Positions 13,268-23,909 are shown, counted from the first letter of the whole stretch. The stretch: DNA of 51,436 nt, filler included, from Basidiobolus ranarum (GCA_040143965.1; 3 parts of 3 records of this genome joined end to end with filler, not necessarily neighbours in it); one strand, 5' to 3'. A program made the numbers and translations. Notes: generated from the letters alone by a model not told the origin.

Positions 13268-14122
13268 TTATAATACCCATCCCATACATAGCAACAAAGC
13301 AAATAATACATTATGCAATGAAAGATTAACTCCAAAGGATAGCTGTCCACTAGGTTGAACCGTAGGGGGGGATTGCGTGGATGTAGTGGATGAGCTGACG
13401 GGGACAGTGGCCACAGATGATTGTGTAGGTGTAGATGTAGATGTAGCGGTGCTCGAATTCTATGAAGAATCTTACTAAAAGTACTTTGAAGAATTCATAA
13501 TCATCAACTTACCGTAGCTTGACATTGACAGCTGTCCAGAATAGACTTCTTGTAAATAGAGCAGCTTAGTTTGTTGTTCAATGCTTCAAAATAAAGGTTG
13601 GCTATGTCATCACAAAACGAATCCGATTTGTCCCCTTTGGCACTACATGTAGTTTTCATACAAGTGTGAAAAGTATTGTCGCACAGAGTTTTGGTAGAGT
13701 TGCAAAAACCTTGATTGAAACAGATAATAAGTAAAAAAGTCAAGGATATTTCCGAATTCCAAAGCATGACTTACTATAACAGAAATCGTGCTAATTGAAA
13801 TTGAAAATTAGAATTAATAAATTGCTTTAATTGATGGCTGAACAGTGTGTATTCTCCATACCTGGTCACAACATGATTTGAAATCAAAGTCGGGGACTAT
13901 TCCGCTAACTAGTGCTGGCCCGCATCCTTTTAACAAACAAAGATTAGAAGCTTATAATAACAATTATATTTCAGACAAGTCTATCAAACCATTAGAAGAG
14001 TAGGTAGGAGGGTTTGGAAGAGATACGAGAAAAGGGCTATCTTCCGGACACACAGTACAGTCGGCACTGACTGTGAAAGTGCAGCATAAGCATAATATTA
14101 CAACAGTTAGAATTCGAAGCAT
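13268..14122 (-). CDS. Secreted phospholipase A2, group XII-like, with Ser/Thr stalk and C-terminal GPI-anchor-like signal (200 aa, 5 exons)
   Basis: Exons 14122-13990, 13926-13862, 13790-13775, 13709-13513 and 13459-13268, with all introns GT-AG, join in frame (603 nt). The product is: signal peptide MLRILTVVILCLCCTFTVSA, Ca-loop-like SNGCGP, catalytic CCDQHDFCY, CDNTFHTCMKTTC, C..Y..S....CQC, a Ser/Thr-rich linker and the tail SG...VLFALLLCMGWVL*. Confidence 0.9.
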
Positions 14123-15640
14123 TCTGAAAATAAAGAACCGCGGCATAAATTGCACACTTATATATGAACCTGCCAAGAATAGCGACAATAGATTTGTGGC
14201 TTTATACTAACAAAAAACCCCAAAAATCGTTGGTTTATCGGAACGAGAATTCAGGGTGAGCTCATTGCGAACCTGAATATGGAAATACAGTTCAACTTGG
14301 CAATCAACTGGGAAAGCATATGGAAACTCTGTAACTTGTAATATTTGAACCAACTCTAATGAAAGCCAATATTTAAATAGCCGATCCATATTAAATTCTC
14401 GATAAATTGAATCCGGAAGAATTCGGAAAACTATGGAGTTATTTTACCCTAAAGGATGAATTTACACCGAACAAAAATATTCTCATCACGATACTGCAAA
14501 TAGAATTTACAGTCACTCCAGCACGTGATGGTCTAGTGCTATAAGCAGATGTTAAGAGGATGTAACAGGCAAGATATTAAGAAGACGCATGATTTCTTTA
14601 TACAGTCATCACAATTGGATATTGAGGCGTGGCGTAAGGAGTTTAAAGTTTTATTGAGCTAGAAAAACATACCGCGATACAGAATTGCGGATTCCCTTTA
14701 TAAGTGCTCAAAGGTCCCTTTAAGTGGATTATTAGGACTTCATTAATAAAAGAACATTCCATGGTTCACATGAGTAATGATCTGCGAAAATTATCATCAA
14801 AAATGGCTGCTTTGTCTCACGAATGCAATATAGCGATAGGCGTGTTGTTTTTTCTTGGTCACGAAGGGATGTCTATCATCAAAGCCGGAAATTTTTCATC
14901 TATTATAAGACTACTAGGTAGATGGTACTAGATACGTTTAAGTCATGTAGTCCTCCCGTCCAGAGAGAACACTCGGGTGAATGGATCATTAAAGGTACAA
15001 AACCGGGCTTGGATAGTTTCAAAGATGTGGAGCTGATACCGCTGCTATCGAAAACTACGAAACAGGAAATAGAATATTATCTACTAGTACTATCTGAGAA
15101 CTTTAATATATATAATCATATTCTTTTCAAACAAATCGGCAAGGAAAATGAAGAGCATATACACAACCCTCCTAATTTCCTAACTCTCACACAAACGTTG
15201 GATTCACTAGTATCTTTGGACTACTATATAAACAGTGGATACTGTCAGAACAACCTTGATAGCAGTAAATATGCAGGCGACGAGGACTTTTGTTGCTCTT
15301 GAAGGGTGTAATGTTTGCGCTTTGATTGATATTCGATGTTTACAAGCCTCAACATCAATAAAATCATGGATTACAGGTCAATGTCAACTATATTGTTACA
15401 AGAGTGAACGTCAAATACACTAAAAAACAAGCATGTTACACATAATATGCATGATAGGTTGAGCCCTGAATTAAATTAACCAAATTTGCGAGTAAATAAC
15501 ATGATGCAATAGGATATATGTGACTTTAGTGGTGTTAAGAAACCAAAATATGTAAAATAACATTAGTCATGTTAGCATCGGACACAACAAGGGTTGCAAT
15601 GTGTGCTCTGTTGGTTAGTCGCAATTTCCATAAATAGCAT

Positions 15641-15710
15641 AAATAGCGCAAATTCCTTGAATCGCATAAATAGCGCATAACATTTGAATCGCAAAAATAG
15701 CGCAAATTCC
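15641..15710. repeat. 27-bp period direct repeat (about 2.6 copies) in the Ctr promoter; candidate copper-responsive element array
   Basis: AAATAGCGCA starts at 15641, 15668 and 15695. The first two units also share TTGAATCGCA. The reverse strand reads TTTGCGCT/TATGCGCT, close to the Mac1 CuRE TTTGC(T/G)C(A/G). Confidence 0.6.
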
Positions 15711-15859
15711 AAAACCGTACAAATGGTGCAAATAACAAGAAATCGATTTTTATCATGAATAGATTTGATTTATCATGGAGATTAAATTTCCTATATATAC
15801 ATGATCCCAGTGAAAACCAAACGCAACCTTTCTACTCCACCTACAAGAGTATACCAAGT

Positions 15860-16530
15860 ATGGATCATTCAATGATGGGACACGATATGACAAGCCATGC
15901 AGGGCATCAAATGGGTCACGATATGACTGGACACGACGAGTGTTCCATGCAGGTAAAGAACTTCATTACAAGAGTACAGTTGTCGTGGACTTGAAATGCT
16001 GACAAGAATGGTTTACTCTTTCTAAGATGGTTTTTAACTGGGACTACGAAAACCTTTGTGTAGTTTTCAGATGGTGGCGCATTACTAGCTTTCCTACGTT
16101 GTTAGTTTCCTTCGTGTTAGTGTTCGCCATGACCGCTTCTTACGAGATGTTACGCGATTATACTCGAAACTGGGAACGAAAAGTGCAGACTTCTTTACAA
16201 AATAGAACTCGAGATAGAGCTCCTACTGAAGATGAGAGAGGTTTCGTTTTGTAAGTGAACGCCATTCTTCTGACTATTTCTACTTGAGTTTACTGACGGA
16301 AAAATCAATTTCTATTTTACTTGGAATTTTCTTTTAGTCTAAGTCAATCGCAGCAGATCAAACGAGCAGTTCTATATGCAGGACAAGTTTTCGTCTCATT
16401 TTTTCTCATGCTTGTATTTATGACCTACAATGGATATCTCATCATCGCAACCGTTTTGGGTGCTGGGTTTGGATTTTACATGTTTGGGGGTGATCGCATG
16501 TCAGCGGTCAAATCCATGGCATGTCATTAA
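15860..16530 (+). CDS. Ctr-family copper transporter (Ctr2-like, 169 aa, 3 exons)
   Basis: Exons 15860-15952, 16027-16250 and 16338-16530. His/Met-rich N-terminus (MDHSMMGHDM...MGHDMTGHD), CSMQMVFNW..LCVVF.WW, the TM2 MxxxM motif (MLVFMTYN), the TM3 GxxxG motif and a C-terminal ACH. Confidence 0.95.
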
Positions 16531-17102
16531 AATAGGAGCAAACTAACCCGCAAACCGTCCTAACTTGATTGCTTTATATTGCATTTCTAATAAAGATGCC
16601 CCAAGATCAATTCTTTAACAAACCTCCTAGAATAGACACATTATGTGTGCAAGTGAAGATTTTAATTCAAAAATTGAGAAATCAACCAAAACCACTTAGC
16701 ATAAAAAGATCTAGTCCATTATGGTAGCAGATAAGTGAATATTTCATTCAAAGAAATGCGCAAAGATTCAAATCGAGTTGACAAGCATACTCGTGTTGTT
16801 TTCTTATTATGTTGGACTCTTCTAAAAGATAAGAACTATGTCAGTTGACAAGTGTGAGGAATATAACTAAAAATGAAGCTCCATACTATCCAAAAGCAAT
16901 TGCAAAATAGATTCTGATTATAGAACAATACATATTCCTACATCTAAAGGGTGGTATCCATAAAGCAGGAGATATTACTACTATAAATGATGTATCTTAT
17001 AGATTCGAGGTCGTCGTACCTAAATCCATAGACTAAGAAAAGATGGTGCAAGCAAGATGAAAATGCTGCGTGGTGAGCGGTCTATCTAAAACTCACTGAA
17101 TA

Positions 17103-17202
17103 NNNNNNNNNNNNNNNNNNNNNNNNNNNNNNNNNNNNNNNNNNNNTTAATTAATTAANNNNNNNNNNNNNNNNNNNNNNNNNNNNNNNNNNNNNNNNNN
17201 NN
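17103..17202. other. Assembly gap: 100-nt N run with TTAATTAATTAA linker
   Basis: N44-TTAATTAATTAA-N44. The linker gives stop codons in all six frames and is an artificial scaffold spacer. Confidence 0.97.
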
Positions 17203-17330
17203 TATTTATTGTATAGAGTAAACGGAAATGAAATGAAATCAAATAAAATGCAACATATTCAGATATTACGAGAGTGATGTGATCGAATGTTTGATAAAAA
17301 TACAAATATAATGTGATGCACAAATGGTTT

Positions 17331-20300
17331 CTATACTGAGGGTGTGGCAAGAATATCCGAGATGTTTTGAATGAATTCTTTTGCAAGTGCTGTTTGTGGC
17401 TTAACCTCTGAGGTTAATGCGTTTGCAGAGGATAGGAATTGGCGACGTTGATGTGGGGGAAGGGAATATACATAACCAAGGTATCTATCTAACCATGCGC
17501 GTGTCTCTTCAAGAACTCTCTTTTCTTCGGGATCATTAACACCCAACCTCACCCAATCATCAATGACAAAGGAGGTGGCTGGAGGAAGTCTAGGTTTGAC
17601 TTCGGGTTCTACTAACTGGCCTTCGCTATTAGTACTCTTGACTTCGTCGGGGTTGTGATCAGAGCCGATGATATTGTGACTATCGGCGAGTCGACCGAAA
17701 AGAACCAACGAGAGTGGATCGATCTTGGTGGTTCCACGGAGGAATAAGGTCTCAGTCATAAAACGTTCGTGGAAAGCAAAGTACTTCGATTCGTTGGGAG
17801 AGAGCTCTTCCTCTTTAATCAATTCACTACTTTCATTATCTACAATTTCCGGTTCGCTGACAGGTAAAGGCTCTTCAGAAAATACATCCTTCAATTCAAC
17901 TTTACTAGTTTCAAAGAGTTCTCCTAGTTTAGTCTCATCTCTGGGTGTTTCTTTGGGCTCGGTTGCGGTTTCTGTAATTAGGGGCGTTTCATCAAGTTTA
18001 CGCTGGTAATTGACTGATGATGGATGCATCAGAGCAACTTTATCAGTCTTGGTTCTCATCCTGTTCTTCTCACCAAACACAGATTCGGCGACATTAGGAT
18101 ACATTCCAGCAGTCAACAATGCACGAATGAGACCTTGGTTATTAGAGTTGATGTTCATCGCTGGACCACCTACGAGATTTTCTTCCACAACATTCTCTTC
18201 AGGGGAGACTGATGAGTATGTCATGAATCCTGACTTTTCTAGGATATCCTTCAGTTGAATCTTGGTCTTGAAAATGGTTCTGATTCCAATACGATGAACG
18301 AAATTATGCTCACAGAACTTCTGTTCTTCTTTCCAATCGTTTTTGACTTTCTCCCATTCTCTTACTAGATTTACTGTTGTCAAAGCGTCACATTGGGCAC
18401 CCTGAGCCCATCTACGTCTAACTCTCTTCAACTCATCTCTATAGTCTGGTGGCGCAGCGAATACATCCTTGCTTCCTAAAGCAGCAGCCACAGTAAGAAT
18501 TGGGTCTAAGCATTTGAAGATGCATCCTAGTACGACCATTTTACCAAATCCTGGGTCAATGGGTAAAGAGGCAAGTACCGCTCCAAGGGTTGTAAGGTCC
18601 TGATTGTCATCCAAAGCGTCAAGGGATTTGAGGTTGTCAATGGCCATGTTGATACTTTGATGTCTGGGTGGGTTTGGAGCCTTAGCAAGAATTGATCCTA
18701 ATGACCCACTGAAACCCATTGCTCGGATGTGTAAACAAATTGAGCGAAGATCAGAGCGTAACAACTCTGGTACCTGAGCTCTTGGCAAAGAGCGTTTATG
18801 GTTTTTGGAGATCAACGAGAAGTATTGCCCAGGTTGGCAACGACCAGCTCTACCAGTTCTTTGTCGAATGTTTGCTTGGGAAGTGAAGATAGGTGAAAGA
18901 CTAGTAATTCTGCGACTAGGATCAAATACCTTCTCCTTCACCTTCGCAGAATCGACGACATAAACGATATCATCAATAGTGACACTTGTCTCGGCAATAT
19001 TAGTAGCTAGTACAATCTTGCGCACACCAGGTGGAACCTTTCTGAAAGCTTCCTGTTGTTGGGCAATGGGAATAGAGGAGTGGAGACAGATGATCTTGAA
19101 CTTGGACTGATTCCCGTAGCCTACCCTCATGATATCTCGCTCCACCATATGACGTTGAAGTTTCGACATCTCTTCCCAGCCAGGTAAAAAGCAGAGAATG
19201 GCACCGGGTCCCTTGGTAAGAGAAATATGGGAGATCAAAGTTTCCATTAAATCCAATGGTAAGTCGGCGTCCTCTCGCGTAAATCCTCTTAATTCGTTAG
19301 AAGCATAGTTTCTAGTTTCACGAGAATTGACAAGAGGATAGTTATATTGGCTTAGACTGGTCCAATAGTCATCCAAGTAAAACTCCTTGATAGGGAAAGT
19401 TCTACCAGGGATTTCGATAACTTGTGGTAGCTTTGATTGTCCAATACAACCATAGTGGCGGAAATAATTTTGGAAAAGATTGATTTCGGCCGTAGCACTC
19501 ATGAGAACGAGCTTCAAGTCAGGACGTTCCTCTAATAACTCCCTAAGAACCATAAGGAGGAAGTCGGTGTTCATATCACGCTCATGCACTTCATCGAGAA
19601 GTATATGGGTGACTCCTTCTAACTTTTGATCATCTTGTAAGCGACGCAAAAGCACACCGGTGGTGCAAAAGGTTACTCTACCTTCGGAGTCTGGCACAGT
19701 AGGTTGCATGTTTTCGAAGCGAACATTATATCCAATTGCGGATCGTTTCCCGATAGTTTCATCTCTTTCAGCTGCAACACGTTGAGCAACAGAAACAGCA
19801 GCGATACGTCTGGGTTGAGTAACTACTACGTTGGGAACGGCAGTGGAACCGCGCAATTGATTAAGAAAGTCGGCAATGATATATTGGGGTACTTGCGTAG
19901 TTTTTCCGGTACCGGTCCCGCCAGAGATGATTGTAACTTGGTTTTCATTAATCGCCTTCAAAATTTCAGCATACTGGGAATATACTGGAAGGTGGGTTGA
20001 TTTGATTACACCTTGTGGGGGAGGACGGATGGCTACGTTATGATGGGCATGATGCGGATGAAGAGCATATTCCTTCTTAGAAAATGGATTTGAAGCTGGG
20101 CGTGAATACGTTCCTTGGTTGACAAAAGGCTCAAGGCTCTTCATGGATTCGATAGTACTTTCTAACTGAGCGATTTTTGGTCGGCTCAGGTTCATGACAA
20201 CTGGTATAAGTGCTAATTCTTGCTTAGACATGAACAATTGCTCGTTACGTGGAACTGAGAGGTAGATCTTTTCAGCTAAATGTTCTAAAGCCCGCTTTGT

Positions 20301-21191
20301 AGCAAGTTTTTTGTTCTCAGAGATTGCTGTGGCAGAGATAATAGTCTCTTCTTTACCACCGGATGCCTTAGGAGGAAAGGCTATTTCAATCTTCCCTTCC
20401 CAAATGTTTTTGGCTGGACGTTTTTTTCCTTTGGTAATTGTAAGAGGCTTGACTAGAGTGCAGGTAGGAGTGGGAACCGAGACTTGATAAAGAGAGCAAT
20501 AACGTTGGATAATGTCCAGATTACCTTTCCCTTGCTTCTTGCGTAACTTATGAAAGGCTTGAATTTTCTCCAACCTTTCGCGAAGGAGAGGATCTACATT
20601 TTTTAGTACAGTTTGCTCTTGCATTCCCAGTAGATTAATACCCCAGGTTCGAGCGTGTTTAGTATATACATTAAAAGTAGCCTCAGCTTTTGTGAGCCCA
20701 GTTGCTTGAACATCTCTTCCAGAACCGTGCTTTCCTTTATGCCTGAGCACGACATGATACACGTTTGTGTTAAGACGAACTGTGAGAGTAGGGAATCTAC
20801 CGTATCTCTTTTTATATTCCTTTTCAAAGTAACGAATAGATTCACCTTGCTTACCGGTTTGCAATTCCTTGAGATTGGAGGCAACAGGTCGATCCACAAC
20901 TTTATTAACAGTTGATAAACGTGGAAGTGGACTTGCTTTCACTTTGGGAACATTTTTCGAGACTTCACTACGTAGGTTATGTCTCTTTTTGGATAAAGTG
21001 GCAGAAACGGAGCTAAGTAACTCGTAAAAGGTATCTTGTTGTGCAGCTGCATGGTTGTAACGTATTGACCCAACAGGCTTGAGGCTTGAACGTAATATCA
21101 AGGAGTTAGAAAGGGGTAACACCTTTTTCAAGGAAGTTTGTCGAGTATACGACGAGAAAAGCGATAAATGTGAAGAAAATATTCTGGACAT
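17331..21191 (-). CDS. DEAH/RHA-family ATP-dependent RNA helicase (DHX30/DHX36/DHX57-like), intronless, probable mitochondrial presequence
   Basis: ATG at 21191 gives 1286 aa. Motifs: GGTGTGKTTQ (I), TQPRRIAA (Ia), DEVHER (II), MSAT (III), FLPGWEE (IV), TNIAETSVTI (V), QRTGRAGR (VI), then the HA2 region and an OB-fold region (HPSSVN). The N-terminus is Arg/Ser/Leu-rich with no acidic residues. Confidence 0.95.
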   Translation of the reverse strand: MSRIFSSHLSLFSSYTRQTSLKKVLPLSNSLILRSSLKPVGSIRYNHAAAQQDTFYELLSSVSATLSKKRHNLRSEVSKNVPKVKASPLPRLSTVNKVVDRPVASNLKELQTGKQGESIRYFEKEYKKRYGRFPTLTVRLNTNVYHVVLRHKGKHGSGRDVQATGLTKAEATFNVYTKHARTWGINLLGMQEQTVLKNVDPLLRERLEKIQAFHKLRKKQGKGNLDIIQRYCSLYQVSVPTPTCTLVKPLTITKGKKRPAKNIWEGKIEIAFPPKASGGKEETIISATAISENKKLATKRALEHLAEKIYLSVPRNEQLFMSKQELALIPVVMNLSRPKIAQLESTIESMKSLEPFVNQGTYSRPASNPFSKKEYALHPHHAHHNVAIRPPPQGVIKSTHLPVYSQYAEILKAINENQVTIISGGTGTGKTTQVPQYIIADFLNQLRGSTAVPNVVVTQPRRIAAVSVAQRVAAERDETIGKRSAIGYNVRFENMQPTVPDSEGRVTFCTTGVLLRRLQDDQKLEGVTHILLDEVHERDMNTDFLLMVLRELLEERPDLKLVLMSATAEINLFQNYFRHYGCIGQSKLPQVIEIPGRTFPIKEFYLDDYWTSLSQYNYPLVNSRETRNYASNELRGFTREDADLPLDLMETLISHISLTKGPGAILCFLPGWEEMSKLQRHMVERDIMRVGYGNQSKFKIICLHSSIPIAQQQEAFRKVPPGVRKIVLATNIAETSVTIDDIVYVVDSAKVKEKVFDPSRRITSLSPIFTSQANIRQRTGRAGRCQPGQYFSLISKNHKRSLPRAQVPELLRSDLRSICLHIRAMGFSGSLGSILAKAPNPPRHQSINMAIDNLKSLDALDDNQDLTTLGAVLASLPIDPGFGKMVVLGCIFKCLDPILTVAAALGSKDVFAAPPDYRDELKRVRRRWAQGAQCDALTTVNLVREWEKVKNDWKEEQKFCEHNFVHRIGIRTIFKTKIQLKDILEKSGFMTYSSVSPEENVVEENLVGGPAMNINSNNQGLIRALLTAGMYPNVAESVFGEKNRMRTKTDKVALMHPSSVNYQRKLDETPLITETATEPKETPRDETKLGELFETSKVELKDVFSEEPLPVSEPEIVDNESSELIKEEELSPNESKYFAFHERFMTETLFLRGTTKIDPLSLVLFGRLADSHNIIGSDHNPDEVKSTNSEGQLVEPEVKPRLPPATSFVIDDWVRLGVNDPEEKRVLEETRAWLDRYLGYVYSLPPHQRRQFLSSANALTSEVKPQTALAKEFIQNISDILATPSV

Positions 21192-22166
21192 TTTCACTTT
21201 ACAACCAACAGTGTAGAAACCCAAGGACAAATTTCAAGTTGATTAGAAGTAAACTCACATTCGCATCATTTTCAAAAATCTCTTATGTTAATACTAATTT
21301 TTTCACTAGATAATTGTGACTGCTCAATATTGATAAATTGGAGAAAAAAAACTTCTCTTGCACCCGACTTATCCGATCTCTGTTGGTACTGTTGAAATGT
21401 TTCCTAATTAATTCCATTCTTGTTATAGAAAAATTCTTGATAAACCAATCATACACCAACTTTACCATCCCTATCCAGACGATGTTGTGAAGTCGGATCG
21501 TATTAACCAATGTTTGTACACGAGAAGTACCCCGTATACTCCGCAGCATTATTATCCCTCTCCGCGTTTTTCCTCGCCAAATCGACTTCCCCGAGGGCCA
21601 ATTAAAACTTGGCCTAAAACAAGTGTTAAATTAATGAGGTTCGTGTAACTAGTCTTGCTGTGGCAAGTACATGTAGTTACAACTTGGAAAATTCTTTTGA
21701 AGCTTTTATTTCTAATACAGCGGAGGGGGCGAGTTTATTAAACATGCTCCAAAACTGGATCTTTGGTTTATACAAGTCTCTTGAACTTATCGGGTACCCT
21801 CTCCTTATCTAAATCATTCTTACATAACAGTAGTGTTTGGATTGTCCAAGTAGCATAGACTAATGATAATAGCTAGGATGTAGAGAAAATAACGAAGATT
21901 GTGAACCACCAATGAGTCGAGAGATAAAAGTAGGAAATGGTCGTACATGAGCTACAACCGTTAAACTAGACTGATTCAACGTATTCAAATAGATGAATTC
22001 TAATTGAATCAAAGAGAAAGAAATACAAGGATTGAGAGAGCGACGTAATGGTAGGATTAGTTATGGGACTAGCTTCTGTACAGTTATGAGTGACGAAGAA
22101 TAAAAAATAAAGAAACACAAAACAAAAAGTACAAAGAAATGGATCGGGTATGGTGGTGCGGACAGT

Positions 22167-23909
22167 TTAAAAGCTGTGATTAGAAGCTTTGATCTCGCCA
22201 AGTATGTCTGAATCCGTGGAAGGAGCCATCATTGACAACAGCTGCTCGTGATTTACTTGGTTGTGTTCAAGTACGTCAGGATAGTTATTCAAGAATTCAT
22301 CCATATCAACATCACCTATATCAAGAATTGGGTCACCAGCAAGGAGAGGATCGATACCGAGCGAGGATGCCAATGATTCAATATTTTGATTGAGTTCGTC
22401 CATTTCAGATGTGATGGCTTCAAGCGATTTGGATGTGTTTTGAACTGCTTGCACAGGAGAGATATGCATATCATTCTTTACCGGTGTAGAGTTCAATGAC
22501 CCAAGAGGCTGGGTGCTCATAACAGGATTACGGCTGGGTGGCGCGTGCAGGGGCTTGCTTGTGGAGGGTAGAATATTCGGGAACTGTGTTGTAGTAAGTT
22601 GAGTACTAGGAGAAGGGGCACTAGTAGGCTGTGATAAAAAGGGCTTGGGAGCCAGTATATCGGTAGATATAGGTGTGGTGGCTTTAGAGCTGGATGTAGC
22701 GGTAGCGGTAGCAGTAGGAGCAGGAGGTATATTATTGAAGAGCTCAGTACATATAGGAAGCGATCCATATTGTGCTGTATTTGGATGAGTTGAAGCAAAA
22801 ATTGAAGGATCTAATAAGAAATGGATTAGTTTAAACTAGAAAGTAACGCGATTTTCGTATTTCGTGAATAAATTACCAAAGCCTGGGTTACTTAGAGCTG
22901 AAGATAAATCTATGGTAGAAGGATCAAAGTCAAGGTTCAGATCGTGATAGTCTTCATACTCGGGTTGAGTATCCTCCGACTTGGAGGTATCAGTATTCCC
23001 CAGGAGCAGTCTACGCTTTCTAGGAATGATTTCTTTGCTCTTTTTATCGGATGAAAATACAGACGCAAGAAAGCGCAGGATCTTATCGATAGTCTCTTGT
23101 TGTCGATTATATCTTTCGCGAGATGAAAGAGTTTCTTGCCATAATTGCTGATTCTCTCTTTGAAGGTTTTTCAGATCAGAGCTAATGGTAAACTGGTGTT
23201 TTCTAATAGCAGTGATTTCATTCATGACATTATTCAAGTCTAAACCTCCGCCCTCTTTTTCATCAGCTTCTCGACCGCGTTTTCGAGAAACCAAACAAAG
23301 CAAATCTGGTTGATTTTTTAAGAAATGAGGATTACTAAATTCCCAATGTTCTGCGCCCTCATCGGCTTGTAAAACACCTTGCTGTAAATGAGGGATTTTA
23401 TGGAACCCGTACATATTAAGTTGTCGAACAAAGCTCGAGAAGTTATTATGCTTGAAGAACCTTGGTAAAACTTCTTTGGCAAACTCTTCGTGCTTAGTCA
23501 CTTTGATAAATAAGATCTACGTTAATTACATAGACTATAATATACAAAGAGATTGGAATGACTCGGTACCTATAAATGAGGCTCCATCGTCTGACCAGCG
23601 GATCAACTCGTTTGTGGAAGAATCATCTACCATCCTAGCAGTATTTCCGTCAGTAAAGTAAGTAAAAAGGATTCTATAAAGGTGAACTTACTTATAAAGT
23701 TTGTTGAGAAAGGCGGGGACATTTTTGGCGGTGTGGGTTCGTGTAGAGGCAACAATATTGGGGGTAGCTGGAGGAGAAGGTGTATGTGCAGGAGTTGTGA
23801 CAGTTGGGACAGGTGTGTCTGGAAATTGTGTAAGTAGCGGTAACTTCAAGTTACCATTTAGATTTGGAAACAAACGGTTTGCATTGATGTCAGGTGTTTG
23901 ATTTGTCAT
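22167..23909 (-). CDS. HSF1: Heat shock transcription factor (4 exons)
   Basis: Exons 23909-23692, 23634-23570, 23500-22877 and 22810-22167. The HSF DNA-binding domain reads PAFLNKLYKMVDD..LIRWS.DG.SF...FAKEVLPRFFKHNNFSSFVRQLNMYGFHK. It is followed by the HR-A/B coiled coil (LQRENQQLWQE...QQETIDKILRFLASV) and a C-terminal HR-C-like helix. Confidence 0.95.

Noticed and set aside
13504-13767. 87-aa ORF that looks like a stand-alone small secreted Cys-rich protein
   Set aside because: Its apparent signal peptide is intron 3 of the PLA2 gene, and the Cys-rich part is PLA2 exon 4.
14704-15423. Three overlapping plus-strand ORFs (75, 126 and 62 aa), a possible frameshifted pseudogene or element remnant
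   Set aside because: I recognised no motif and found no convincing splice model, so it cannot be supported without a search.
17147-17158. TTAATTAATTAA palindrome flanked by Ns (also at 34330-34341), superficially like a TTAA transposon target or PacI site
   Set aside because: It has an identical layout in both gaps, so it is an artificial six-frame stop linker.
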